A stretch of DNA of 64,000 bases from Octopus vulgaris (Eukaryota): contig OX597836.1 in NCBI GenBank assembly GCA_951406725.2, positions 24,924,001 through 24,988,000 on the forward strand, in the 5' to 3' direction. This document shows positions 12,501-24,539 of this stretch, one piece after another. A model generated the notes under the pieces. That model worked only from the letters and a program-made list of their open reading frames with translations, was not told the origin of the DNA and searched no databases. How positions within the stretch are numbered: the stretch's first letter is position 1; each line of letters starts with the position of its first letter. Made by a program: the position numbers and the translations under genes.

Positions 12501-13164
12501 TATATACATATATATGTGATGGGCTTCTTTCCATTTCTGTCTGCCAAATACACTCACAAGGCTTTGGTCAGCCCAAAGCTATAATAGAAGACACTTGACC
12601 AAGGTGCCACACAGTAGGACTGAATTCAGAACCTCGGAGAATGGATAACCGTTACAAGTGAAAGCAATGAGAGATGTTAGTATTGTAAGAAAGATATGAA
12701 GATCTGGGGCTGTTTCTCCTCAGGGATTATACAGAATGTACACAGGTATGCTTGGTTGGGTAGTTCACTTCTGAGCCTTGTGGTTTCTGATTCAGTCCCA
12801 CTGCATAGCACCTTGGTCAAGTTTCTTCTACTGTAAACCTAGGCTGACCAATTTCTTATGAGGGGGATTTGACAGAAACTGAAAGAAGCCCATTGTGCGT
12901 GCGTGTGCACAAATGCTTACAACCTCCAATGGCATCACTGTTTGTTTCTCAGCTGTAACTGGTGATATTTCTTGTCAACAGATGATCCACCATCTCTGCT
13001 TTTATTCCCCTCTAGGAATAAAATTCCCTTGTTAATCAGTAAGGGGTGATGACAAAAGAATCCACAATGTTTTCCAACACTGAAAATCACCATTAAAATG
13101 AACAGACAAACTATGCCGACAAATTGGCTCTTGTTAGATTATTTTGTAAAGAGGAGGCTTGCGA

Positions 13165-13515
13165 AAGCGAAATCGAATTGAACCAGCCAGGATCCCTGGC
13201 CTGGGGGTACGTAAAAAGCACTATCCGACTCATGGCCGATGCCAGCGCCGCCTCGACTGGCTTTCGTGCCGGTGGCACATAAAATACACCAATCCGACCG
13301 TGGCCGTTGCCAGCCTCGCCTGGCACCTGTGCAGGTGGCATGTAAAAAGCACCCACTACACTCACGGAGTGGTTGGTGTTAGGAAGGGCATCCAGCTGTA
13401 GAAACATTGCCAGATAAGACTGGAGCCTGGTGCAGCCTTCTGGCTTCCCAGATCCCCAGTCGAACCGTCCAACCCATGCTAGCATGGAGAACGGACGTTA
13501 AACGATGATGATGAG
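13165..13515 (+). mobile_element. SINE family C with (TGA)n tail
   Basis: Near-identical to the reverse complement of 37908-38260; ends acggacgttaaacgatgatgatga. Confidence 0.88.
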
Positions 13516-13952
13516 GCCCTCTTTTGAGATCAGCTAAAGGCAGCTCTGAAACACACCACAGTTTCCAGCGGCTAACTATTTAAAATGAGACTAAAGCTCT
13601 GTTCAAGGATGTGGGAATGAAATTCAGCATGCGGACACAGAATGCCTGCAGTGTCCTGGCCAGGGCTTTGTAGTCTCTGTTGCATCTGTCACGTCATACA
13701 GCCTTTGCAATGTTCATAGAGCATTGAACAGCAGTTGTGATGTCGGCATTTTGATACCTGGCAAGAATCATCATGAAACAGGTAACTCTTTTCCAATATT
13801 CACCTGGCTACCACTCCTCCATCTCAGCAAACTTTTTCTCTCAACTACAACTTCAATCATTTGCTCTCCAACACCATTCACTGTTTACCAATACATCAAA
13901 CTATTTCTGAAAAAAAGAAAGACAGAAATCATCAAATTTATCTCGAACACAT
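13516..13952 (-). mobile_element. Tc1/mariner (maT-like) relic, same family as 58894-60096
   Basis: Colinear with 59800-60090 (tgtcggcattttga, ctcaactacaactt, ccaatacatcaa, tcaaattta). Confidence 0.75.
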
Positions 13953-13954
13953 TC

Positions 13955-14325
13955 TATCTTTTCTCTTTTACTTGTTTCAGTCATTAGACTGTGACCATGC
14001 TGTAGCACCACCATGAAGACTTTTTAATCAAATGAATCTGCCCCAGTATTCCTTTTTTTTTTCTTTTTAAAGCTTCATACTTATTCTAAATGTCTCTTGC
14101 TGAACTGCTAAGTTACAGGGACATAAACACACCAACACCAGTTGTGAAGAGGTGATGGAGGACAGACACAATGACACACACACGCATATGCACAAAAGGC
14201 TTCTTTCACTTTCTGTCTACCAAATCCACTCACAAGGCTTTGGTCAGTCCAAGGCTATAGTAGAAGACACTTGCCCAAGGTGCCACACAGTGGGACTGAA
14301 CCCAGAACCATGTGGTTGGGAAGCA
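13955..14325 (-). mobile_element. SINE family A (older copy)
   Basis: ttttacttgtttcagtca ... ccatgtggttgggaagc. Confidence 0.85.
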
Positions 14326-14335
14326 AACTTCATAC

Positions 14336-15340
14336 ATGGGTAAATTATCGCCATTTTATATTTTTAATTTTGTTGACTACACAGTGTAGTAGGGTCAGTT
14401 GGGCACCATCTGTGAGAAAACAGTACCATGACGCAATTCACTCAGCTAGAAATTTGGAAGCAATATGCTTGGCATTCGTGCCTGAAGTTCCAATACCAAC
14501 AGATGATGAACACACAGAACAACCGTTGGCTTACTGTGTTCAGAAAACAAGTACCAAAAGTGATAAAAATCAAACATCCAGTCAACATGACTTTCGGAAA
14601 CATTTTTTCACGCTCAGAGTTGCTGAAGCATGGAATAAACTGCCTGCGTCAGTTGTTGACTGCCATGACACTGCATCCTTTAAGGCCCTCATGCTTTCCG
14701 AAATCCGCCGAAACTACACCTGATTATATATACACTTTAGATGAGTTGTAGTGCACCTGAGCACTGTACACAATTATTATTATTATTATTATTATTATCA
14801 TGGTGTTTGGAGTGATTACTAGTGATGACGACCTTACGTCTCCGTTCATCTTACCACACGGCCTCAGGCTCAGCATGGAAGCCTACATCAAGTGCCCGGA
14901 GAAGGTAGTACTGTTCTGTGTCAAGAGGGTAGCTGTTAAAACACCCTATGTCTGGCAACAGGATACTGCACCATGGCACACACACACACAAGAGAATCCC
15001 GTCATGGCTGTCGGACAATTTCTGCGACCTCATCACCCCTAACATCTGGCCACCTAACTCCCCAGACTACAACCCTCTTGATTATTATGTGAGGGGCGCA
15101 GTTGGGCGAGAAAACAAAACGCCTTGTAACACCAAAGATGAACTGAAGGCAAGAATTATGGCACCAAGGAGACCGTCCAGAAGAGCTGCAGCAGATTCCG
15201 AAGATATCTGAAGGCCGTGGTTGAATCCAATGGCGATTTCATTGAATGAATTTACTCTTTAGTATTTCAAGATATTATGAGATGTCAGTGTTATTTTCCC
15301 TTTTGCGTAATTTAGATGATACTTTATTCACCGCACACTG
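14336..15340 (+). mobile_element. DD37D (maT-like) DNA transposon relic with a nested CR1 fragment
   Basis: WQQDTAPWH and WPPNSPDYNPLDYYV motifs; colinear with 44970-45858. Confidence 0.88.
14589..14798 (+). mobile_element. 5'-truncated CR1/L2-type LINE 3' end with (ATT)n tail
   Basis: HDFRKHFFTLRVAEAWNKLPASVV..* followed by a short UTR and (att)n; interrupts caacat|catggtg, which is contiguous in the 45.27 kb copy. Confidence 0.85.
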
Positions 15341-15760
15341 AATATATGCTTTTTTTAATTTTTAAGTCTGTCGCATGTAGTTATCTCCCCTGGCTGTGTT
15401 ACTTCCCTTGTATCGAAAATGCTTTCCTTTTTCATTTCCATTCCTCCCGCTGTTAAGCGGCAAAATAAATCATGAATATCACAGCTTCTCGTATTCGTCT
15501 TCTACTTTCGAATACACTATTTGTACTATGAGAGCCCACATTTAAATAGATTCAGTACAAGACGGGCGTTTATTTATCAGTCGAGACCTCTGTGGAATTT
15601 GAACTTAGTACAGGGAAGAAAAAAAACGTATTGAGGCTGGAACAACTCTACCAAGAATATATGAAAATACATCTCTGTGTTAACTGAAGGGTCATGAGTT
15701 CCCTCCCAACCTTGGGGCCTCTGTGTTTGTGTGTGTGTGTACGTATGTATGAGTAAATAC

Positions 15761-15819
<59 letters not shown>

Positions 15820-15829
15820 GTGTGTGTGA

Positions 15830-16112
15830 AAGTGGGTGGCTCAGTTGTTAGAGCGTTAGGCTTACAATCATGAGGTACTGAGGTTTGATTCCTGGGTCGG
15901 ACTGTGAGTCGGACTTTATTTCATATTGCTGTAGAAATGAATTGCGATGTCACTAGTATCAAGCTGTATTGGCCTTTGCCTTTCCCTTGGATAACATCTG
16001 TGACATGGAGAGGGGAGGCATGGTACGCATGGGTGACTACTGGTCTTCTATAAACAATCTTGCCAAGGTTGTGTCTCAGAAGGTAACTTTCTAGAGGCAA
16101 TCCCATGGTCAT
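15830..16112 (+). mobile_element. tRNA-derived SINE fragment
   Basis: A-box-like tggctcagttg and B-box-like ggtttgattcc; tail ctagaggcaatcccatggtcat is shared with 1021-1042. Confidence 0.65.
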
Positions 16113-16206
16113 GGGAGAGAGAGAGACAGACAGACTGATAGACAGTTAGATGGATAGATAGATAGATAGATAGAAATACATATATATATATAGATAGATA
16201 TACATA

Positions 16207-16380
16207 CAGCAAAACTTAGATTCAAATGAATGTGGTACTTAAATTAGATGCACCAGAATGTTGTACGGTGTTATCCATATAAATCCATGGGGTGATTAAA
16301 ATGAAAATAAGCAACAAGAATATCTTCGGTAATTTGGTACGATCGTTTCACGCTACATCATTTTATTAAACATTGTAAGA
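16207..16380 (-). mobile_element. Penelope-like terminal fragment (half hammerhead); related copy at 41068-41185
   Basis: Minus strand GAAACGATCGTA gives GAAA plus palindromic stem III (ACGATCGT) and a GUA triplet; inserted in a (TA)n/(GATA)n tract. Confidence 0.5.
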
Positions 16381-16543
16381 TATACATATATATATATATA
16401 GTGAGAGAGAGAGAGAGCTGGCAGAAACGCATGTAAACATTTTATCCAATATGTTCTATGCTTCTACCCAGCTTGCCATTTCATATTCCTCTCTGAATAA
16501 CTTTGAAAAAGTCCAAAACAAGAACTTATTTGAACAACATTAA

Positions 16544-17176
16544 CCCGTTTGTTACCAATCCACCTGAAACCGCCTCTGGCTCTGTAGTACAAATGTCTTG
16601 TTTTCAAAAGTTCTGAACTAAAATCTCCCACCAAACCTTAGTCACAATTTATGTTCCCAACACTAGCTTAATGATACTCTCTCTCTCTCTTTTACTCTTT
16701 TACTTGTTTCAGTCATTTGACTGCGGCCATGCTGGAGCACCGCCTTTAGTCGAGCAAATCGACCCCAGGACATATTCTTTGTAAGCCCAGTACTTATTCT
16801 ATCGGTCTCTTTTGCCGAACCGCTAAGTGATGGGGACGTAAACACACAAGCATCGGTTGTCAAGCAATGCTAGGGGGACAAACACAGACACACAAACACA
16901 CACATACATACATATATATATATATTCATATATATGACAGGCTTCTTACAGTTTCCGTCTACCAAATCCACTCACAAGGCATTGGTCGGCCCGGGGCTAT
17001 AGCAGAAGACACTTGCCCAAGATGCTATGCAGTGGGACTGAACCCGGAACCATGTGGCTGGTTAGCAAGCTACTTACCACACAGCCACTCCTGTTATTTT
17101 ACTAAATTCGTTGTTATATTTTAAATTAATTGAAAGAAACACAAAACATTTCAACAAAAATATGGAAACAAAAGGG
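16544..17176. mobile_element. piggyBac-like MITE interrupted by SINE A (about 16677-17092)
   Basis: TTAA|cccgtttgttacc ... aacaaaaggg|TTAA; the two halves match 2770-2989. Confidence 0.82.
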
Positions 17177-17399
17177 TTAATGATTTTGTTAGTTTTCCTT
17201 CTTCAGAATTGCATGAATTGTAATCTTAATCTCTGTGATAATTCCAAATGAATGTGGATAGAGTTAAGCCTGGTAGATCTTCAATGGGATTTTAGTAAAT
17301 CTCTGAAGCATGGCAACAAATGTAATGATCTTATTTCATGTTAGTTTTTCTTACTTCAACACAAAAGTCATCAAGATTATGAGAATGAGGAGTGAACAA

Positions 17400-17578
17400 C
17401 TTCACTATTCGACAGCAATATCCCTATCTTATCGACTCTGGACAGATGTGATGAAAATATCTCAAAAGCTGGTACTTAACCATTTCTGGTGCTTGCTCAT
17501 GATGCTGCACATTAGTACAGAACCTGAGATGGCCAAAAGAGCAATCTTCTTCACCATGCAGCCATGAACGCATCAACT
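17400..17578 (-). mobile_element. Possible degenerate RTE LINE fragment
   Basis: Broken frames KVDAF..W*RRLL and [10 protein letters not shown] resemble the RTE ORF C-terminal motifs (DAFEMWCWRRLL, LRYFGHI). Confidence 0.4.
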
Positions 17579-17579
17579 T

Positions 17580-17631
<52 letters not shown>

Positions 17632-17771
17632 TGTATGTATATATATATATATGTATATATATATATGTATATATATATATGTATATATGTATATATATAT
17701 GTATATATGTATATATATATATATGTATATATGTATATATATATGTATATATGTATATATATATATATATG

Positions 17772-17867
<96 letters not shown>

Positions 17868-17912
17868 TATACATATATATATATATCTTCTTCTTCTTCT
17901 TCTTCTTCTTCT
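17580..17912. repeat. (TA)n/(TATG)n/(CTT)n microsatellite
   Basis: Direct inspection. Confidence 0.95.
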
Positions 17913-18036
17913 CATCATGTGGATTGTTTCTGATTTCAGTTCCGACACTCTGCGTTTTGTCTTGTTTCCTGGTCTTTATATTTGGATGGTTTCATCATTT
18001 CTTGCAGAGATATTTTGTCATCTGATGGAATTGATC

Positions 18037-18592
18037 CCACCACCGTCACCAGTACCGCTATCATGAATATCTTCATCGTCATCATCATCATCATCATGGT
18101 TGCTGCCACCACCACCACCACCACCATCACCATCACAACTACCATCATCATCATCATCATCACCACCACAACCACCATCATCATCATCATCATCACCACC
18201 ACCATCATCATCATTCTCACCACCACCATCATCATCATCATCATCACCACCACCACCACAACTACCATCATCATCATCATCACCACCACCACCACAACTA
18301 CCATCATCATCACCACCACCACCACCACCATCATCATTATCATCATCATCATCACCACCACCATCATCACCACTACCATCATCATCATCACCACCACCAT
18401 CATCATCATCACCACCACCATCATCATCATCATCACCACCACCATCATCATCATTCTCACCACCACCATCATCATCATCATCATCACCACCACCACCACC
18501 ACCACCATCGTCGTAATCTTCAACACTACATCTTTAATCATCATCATCATCATCATCATTACCACCACCACCATCATGATCATCATTATCAT
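18037..18592. repeat. Compound (CAT/CAC)n trinucleotide array
   Basis: About 550 bp of alternating CAC and CAT runs; explains the poly-T/I, P/S and M/V ORFs. Confidence 0.95.
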
Positions 18593-18602
18593 TTGTCCTT
18601 AC

Positions 18603-18694
18603 CCTTATGTTTCAGCTGCTGCTGCTGTTGTAATCTTCCTAGCGTCGTCTCTCTCCTCGCTAAGTCAAGGTCAAGTTGAGTAAACCTATCTTTC
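18603..18694 (-). CDS. Candidate 92-nt coding exon (phase 2/1) of an unknown minus-strand gene
   Basis: caatttcag|gaaaga ... cataagg|gtaagg; the only open frame gives KDRFTQLDLDLARRETTLGRLQQQQQLKHK; a unique-sequence island between two long microsatellites. Confidence 0.6.
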
Positions 18695-18777
18695 CTGAAA
18701 TTGTAATACGATTCCTAGATCAGAATGTGAACTTGTAACCAAATCACTCGCTCATTCACGATATGTACTTGGATAGC

Positions 18778-19692
18778 AGTGAGTGCATGAGTGTGTGTGT
18801 GTGTGTGAGTGTGCGTGCGTGTGTGTGTGTGTGTGTGCGCGTGTGTGAGTGTGTGTGTGTGTGTGAGTGTGTGTGTGAGTATGTGTGTGTACATGTGTGT
18901 GAGTGTGTGTGTACATGTGTGTACGTGTGTGAGTGTACGTGTGTGAGTGTACCTGTGCGTGTACCTGTGTGTGAGTGTACATTTGTGTGAGTGTGTGTGT
19001 GTACATGTGTGTGAGTGTGTGTACGTGTGTGAGTGTACCTGTGTGTGTGTGTGTACCTGTGTGTGAGTGTGTGTGTGAGTGTGTGTACATCTGTGTGTGA
19101 GTTTGTGAGTGAAAGTGAGAGAGGAATGAAGTATGTGTTTGAACAAATGTGTGTGCAAGTGAATTCGAGCTGTGTGTGTGTGTGTGTGTGTATTTCTGTC
19201 TGTAAGAGTATGTATGTCTGTGTATATTTCTGCATGTTCATGCCTCTGTATGTGTGTGTGTGTGTGAGCTTTCCTGTTTGATGTTTGAGTGTGTAAGTGT
19301 GTGTGTGTGTGTGTGTGTGTGTTGTATTTTGAGAGTGTGCATGTATGAGTGTTTCTGTGTGTGAGTAAGTGCAAATGAGTACATACATATGTGTATAAAT
19401 GTGTGTGTGTGTGCACATGTATATTGTGTGTCTGTTTGCGTGTGTATGTGTGTGTGCATGTATATGTGTGTGTATGTGTGTGTGTGTATGTGTGTGTGTA
19501 TGTGCGTGTGTATGTGTGTGTGCATGTATATGTGTGTGTATGTGTGTGTGTGTGCCTGTATATCAGCGTGTGTATGCATGTGTGTGTGCGTGCATGTATA
19601 TCCATGTGTGTATGTGTATATGTGTGTGTGTGCATGTATATCCATGTGTATGTGTATCCCTGTGTGTATCCATATGTGTGTGTGTGTGTGTA

Positions 19693-19726
<34 letters not shown>
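18778..19726. repeat. Degenerate (GT)n/(CA)n array
   Basis: About 950 bp; explains the H/T and V/C ORFs. Confidence 0.95.
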
Positions 19727-20289
19727 TAACAAGAGATTGGAAAGAGAGGTGTTTGTTAATGAACTCCACATTTCAGTGGCTAATCCTCTTGGCCATTTGC
19801 ACCTCATAAGATATTATCCTAATCTGCATTAATCAGACATCTCAGCTTATTCCTCATCACCAATCTCAACCAATGAAACGGTGGGCGGGGGGGCAAGCAG
19901 CGGGGGAAGGCTAAATAAAGATTATTAGCTTATAACTATTTATAGTGTATACCACTTCATACACAACTAAACTGATCCATTGATTCATCTAATTTGCATA
20001 ACAGTACATGCACTGACAACGCAGTTAATTAATTAAGTGGTAATGCACTAATGACTCAGTGTGTTTTTGATGAGGGATGGAGCTAGATTTAACTATGATA
20101 TGAGACATACTGTGTTTGATAAGCATACAATTTTAGACTTGCTGTGGAAAGTGAAAACGGTCTTCATCTGAAGCCTTTACCTCTCTGTGGACAGAAAAAT
20201 GCAGATTTCACTTGACTGGCTTCTAGTTTGCTTGTAGTGCTAATTAATGAATTAATTACTTAACAATGTTGTTATTGCATGCATTTTAA

Positions 20290-20775
20290 GCACTTTGAAG
20301 AAATTAGACAAGAACAAAAGTGATTGGGAAACTGATGGTCTGGATCTGAACAAGTGGAGAGGTGTTGTTAGGACTGGTTGCAACGCTTAAAAGGGAAAGG
20401 TGATTCAGCTGTCTGAGCTTAAAAGGTCCTGTCACAAAGGAACAATTGGAACTGAGATCAACAATGAACATTGGATATGTATTATGTGTGATTGGGTTCT
20501 GTTGTCAAAAGCAGGATACGTTAACCATAAGAAGTCACATGAAAATAGAAATGCCCAGATTGGTAATGATCTTGGACACCAACAGCCTCTTATGACTTGT
20601 GTCATATGTCACAAAACTTGTAAGACAATATCTGGACTTGAAAGATATATGCTAGGCCACAAAAACATTCCTACAGAATTGGATTACAAAGGGCAAAGAT
20701 ACAGAAGAAACCTGAATTGTGTTTTAAACCTTGTTAGCCAATAGCTAATCTTAAAAGTCAGCCGAGGGCTCATCA
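20290..20775 (+). mobile_element. RTE-clade LINE ORF C-terminal relic with 2-3 C2H2 zinc fingers
   Basis: TLKKLD..DWETDGLDLNKWRGVVRTGC (RTE WE..A.DR..WR motif), then CIMCDWVLLSKAGYVNHKKSH, CVICHKTCKTISGLERYMLGH and a frameshifted third finger (CFKPC*..LKSQPRAH). Confidence 0.75.
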
Positions 20776-21099
20776 CTGGAGGGATTGTGCAGTTTGATGG
20801 GGTGTGGTGTGTGTGTGTGTGCTGATGTGATGGCTATCATCTATCATGATGAAGCAATCATTTATGCGTGTGTGTGTATATATATATATATATTTGACAT
20901 CTTAGCTGTTTAGTGTACAATTAAATAGACAAAGAAGAAAGTAAGAACCAGTCAAGTACCTCTCCCCCTATATTTGGAACATGGACATTAAATGATGGTG
21001 ATGATGATGATGATGATAAGGATCATGATGATAATGATATTGGTTGAAAGCATTTTTGTTGTCATTGTTAATCTCCTCCTCCTCCTCCTCCTTCTTCTT

Positions 21100-21485
21100 C
21101 TGTCGCTACATCCTGAGTTCAAATTCCGCTGAGCTCAACTTTGCCTTTCATCCTTTTAGGGGCGATAAATTAAGTGCCTGCGAAACACTGGGGTCAATGT
21201 AATTGATTAGTCCCCTCCCTTGCAAATTTCAGGCCTTGTACCTTTAGTAGAAAAGATTACTAATGTGAAGCGCAAGCAGATCCCTTAACACATTGGACAA
21301 AATGCTTTGCAGTATTTCATTCATTATTGTGTTCTGAGTTCAAACACAACCTCGGTTGGGTCTACCCTTTATCCTATTAGGACCAATAAAGTATATAAAT
21401 TATGTACCAGTTGAGTACTGGGGTCAATGTAGCCAACATGCTCCCTTCCTTCAAAAATTAAGCCCATTGCCTTTGGTAGAAAGAA
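21100..21485 (+). mobile_element. SINE family B copies (two)
   Basis: gagttcaaattccgc..gcctttcatcct..aagtac..ggggtcaatgta..agaaagattatt. Confidence 0.8.
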
Positions 21486-21565
21486 TTATTATTACTATTA
21501 TTATTATTTTTATTATCATTATTATTATTATTATTATTATTATTTTATTATTATTATTATTATTA

Positions 21566-21653
<88 letters not shown>

Positions 21654-21680
21654 CATCATCATCATCATCATCATCATCAT
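21486..21680. repeat. (TTA)n/(TCA)n microsatellite
   Basis: Direct inspection. Confidence 0.95.
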
Positions 21681-22178
21681 TGCCTTTGCACAGCTTCTAA
21701 CACTGGAGATGTACTACAGTGACAGCTGTTCACTCACTACCAACGAAGTAAGGTAACACACCTCATTTTTCGAGCACCTCCCGGAGTATCCGAGCGGTTC
21801 CAAGCAGTGCTGTTTTCTGCAAGTGCTCCACTCTTATTGCAGCCCCTATTTGTTCCACGTACTTCTCAAGATTTTTACTCACTGTTCCCAGGGCTCCGAC
21901 AATTATTGGTACTACTACCACCTTTTTCAGCGACCACAACTGCTTAATCTCCCCAGCTAACCTGTCATATCTCTCGACGTTTCTTTCTTTGTTAACGCAT
22001 ACCTTCTGGTCAGCTGGGCATGCTACATCTTTGATCCAGCATAGTTTGCTTTCTTTCTCAATTAAGACTATGTCTGGCTTCCTATTCTCTATCTCATGGT
22101 CGCACTGAATCATAAAATCCCACAGGATCTTTGCATTATCATTTTCGATGATGCCTTTGGGTTTGTGGTCGGACCAAT
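21681..22178 (-). mobile_element. R4/Dong-clade non-LTR retrotransposon, 5'-truncated (restriction-like endonuclease domain plus 3' UTR)
   Basis: W.DHKPKGIIENDNAKILWDFMIQCDHEIENRKPDIVLIEK..DVACP..VVVVPIIVGALG..QKTALLGTARILREVL* contains the RLE PD..D motif; flanked on both sides by (TAA)n. Confidence 0.9.
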
Positions 22179-22219
22179 TTTATTATTATTATCATTATAA
22201 TTATTATTATTGGTATTAT

Positions 22220-22361
22220 TGAGTTCAAATTCCACTGAGGTTGACTTTGCCTTTCATCCTTTCAGGGTCGATAAACTAAGTACCAGTTATGCACTGGGGT
22301 CGATCTAATCAACTATCCCCTCCCCAAAATTTCAGACCTTGTACTTCCAAGAGAAAGGATT

Positions 22362-22420
<59 letters not shown>

Positions 22421-22695
22421 GGTAGCAAGCTGGCAGAATCGTTAGCATGTCGGGCGAAATGCTTAGCAGTATTTCATTTGCCGCTGCATTCTGACTTCAA
22501 ATTCTGCCAAGGTCAACTTTGCCTCTCATCGTTTCAGGGTCAATAAAATAAGTACCAGTTACGACCAAGGCCAGCTTTGCCTTTCATCCTTTCGGGGTCG
22601 ATAGATTAAGTACCAGTGAAACACTGGGGTTGATTTTAATCAACTAGTCCCCTGCCACCCAAACGTGAGGAGTTGTGCCTCCAGTAGAAAAGATT
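22220..22695 (+). mobile_element. Tandem SINE family B copies separated by (ATT)n
   Basis: Repeated MetaSINE-like core gcctttcatcctttcggggtcgat. Confidence 0.85.
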
Positions 22696-23029
22696 CTTCT
22701 TCTTCTTCTTCTTCTTATTATTATTACATGTGATGTTTACTTTGTTTTTTGTTGTTGCTTTTTATATTTATTTATTCGAAAGATTCGAACAATGGATGCT
22801 TTAAAGAAACAGGAAACTGAAGTGGGTGAAAAGAGGAAAGACGGAGATTAAAGTGTAAGTCGGTTGAGCATCTGAAGGAGAAAGAATGGTGAAGAGGAAA
22901 TGAAGGAACATTCTCCTGTTTGTGTTTGCATGTGTGGGTGCGTGTGTGTGGATGGGGGGTGGGGTGGATGGGGGTGATAGGAAACCTTATGTTACTCTTA
23001 GTCATTGGAAACAACAAAAGTGTTATTAC

Positions 23030-23069
<40 letters not shown>

Positions 23070-23071
<2 letters not shown>

Positions 23072-23552
23072 GGCGGAAAGCTGGCAGAATCGTTAGCATG
23101 CCGAAATGGCGAAATGCTTAGCGGCATTTTGTCTGTCTTCATGTTCTGAGTTCAAATGCCGCCGAGGTTGACTTTGCCTTTTGTCCTTTTGAGGTCGATG
23201 AAAAAAGTACCAGTCAAGTACTGGGGTTGATGTGGTCGACTTATCCCCTCCCCCAAAATTTCAGGCCTTGTGCCTACAGTAGAAAGGATTATTAATATTA
23301 TTATTATTATTATTATTATTATTAAAGGCAGCGAGCTGGCAGAAACGTTAGCGCACCGGGCGAAATGCTTAGTGGTATTTCGTCTGGTGTTACGTTCAGA
23401 GTTCAAATTCCGCCGAGGTCGACTTTGCCTTTCATCCTTTCGGGGTCGATAAATAAAGTACCAGTTTCGCACTGAGGTTGATATAATCGACTTAATCCCT
23501 TGTCTGTCCTTGTTTGTCCCCTCTATGCTTAGCCCCTTGTGGGCAGTAAAGA
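23070..23552 (+). mobile_element. Two full-length SINE family B copies (about 23070-23290 and 23325-23552)
   Basis: aggcgg..agctggcagaa head, gttcaaat B-box, Meta-like core; two different 3' tails. Confidence 0.9.
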
Positions 23553-23576
23553 ATTATTATTATTATTATTATTATT

Positions 23577-24063
23577 GAGTGAGAGAGCAGAGCATGCCAT
23601 CAAAGTGACACTGGGGTAAAATATACGAAGCCCAATATACCCATCATGACTACCTGTCTGATAAAGGTACACCAGGCACATGCATCACAACCATATGTGC
23701 GCGACATGGTGATCTCATATCAAGATAAACAGCACATGACCTTGCAGGTGGGGCCCAGTTAGAATTTTCTTCAGGTTGAGTAGCTGATCCCGCTCAAAAG
23801 GTCCCTGAATAAGGGTTGTTTAAGGATGTTGAAAGAACCACCCATGTTTCCAGAGGTGAATTATTCAAACCCCAAAGAATCCCTCTCAACACATGGCTAT
23901 GATGCTCCCCCACTACTTCTGCTCGTGATCAGAGATGCACATATCGTCAGCCACTAAGGGACATGCTCAACTGGTTATGGTCAAACAACTGACAAGCAAA
24001 TCTGTGGTATTGAGCAGAATATTTGCTGTAGCCCATCTTTTATACCAAGACAAAACAATGTAC
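23577..24063. mobile_element. Unclassified interspersed repeat inserted in (ATT)n
   Basis: About 490-bp complex segment with sharp (att)n borders on both sides and no ORF; recalled as a common octopus repeat, not verified. Confidence 0.55.
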
Positions 24064-24089
24064 AATTATTATTATTATTATTATTATTA

Positions 24090-24482
24090 AGGCTGTGAGC
24101 TGGCAGAATCATCGTTAACAGACAGGGTAAAATGCCTTGCAGCATTTGATCCTTCCTTATGTTTTGAGTTCAAATTCCACTGAGGTTGATTTACCTTTCC
24201 TTCTTTCAGGATCAATGAAATAAGTACCAGTTACGCACTGGGGTCAATGTAATCGACTTGTCCCCTCCCCTAAAATTTCAAGCCTTTTGCTTATAGTAGA
24301 AAGGATTATTATTATCATCATCATCATCATCATCATTGCCGAGGTCAACTTTGCCTTTCATCCTTTCGGAGTCGATTAAATAAGTACCAGTTACGCACTG
24401 GAGTTGATGTAATCGACTTAATCCCTTTGTCTGTCCTTGTTTGTCCCCTCTATGTTTAGCCCCCTGAGGGCAATAAAGAAAT
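24090..24482 (+). mobile_element. SINE family B copies
   Basis: Same core and tails as 23070-23552. Confidence 0.85.
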
Positions 24483-24539
24483 AAAAATTATTATTATTAA
24501 TATTATTGTTGTTGTTGTTGTTATTGTTGTTATTATTTT

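Larger units (their letters stand above)
11778..12632 (-). mobile_element. SINE family A copy split by a Penelope/retrozyme-like insertion
   Basis: 3' half at 11778-11970 and 5' half at about 12515-12632 flank the 11987-12500 insert. Confidence 0.8.

Noticed and set aside
13111-13485. Recurrent 'proteins' MLAWVGRFD.., SFSFRLPNP.. and SEFKFRRGRLCLSSF..
   Set aside because: They are translations of SINE families C, A and B, seen many times in this window.
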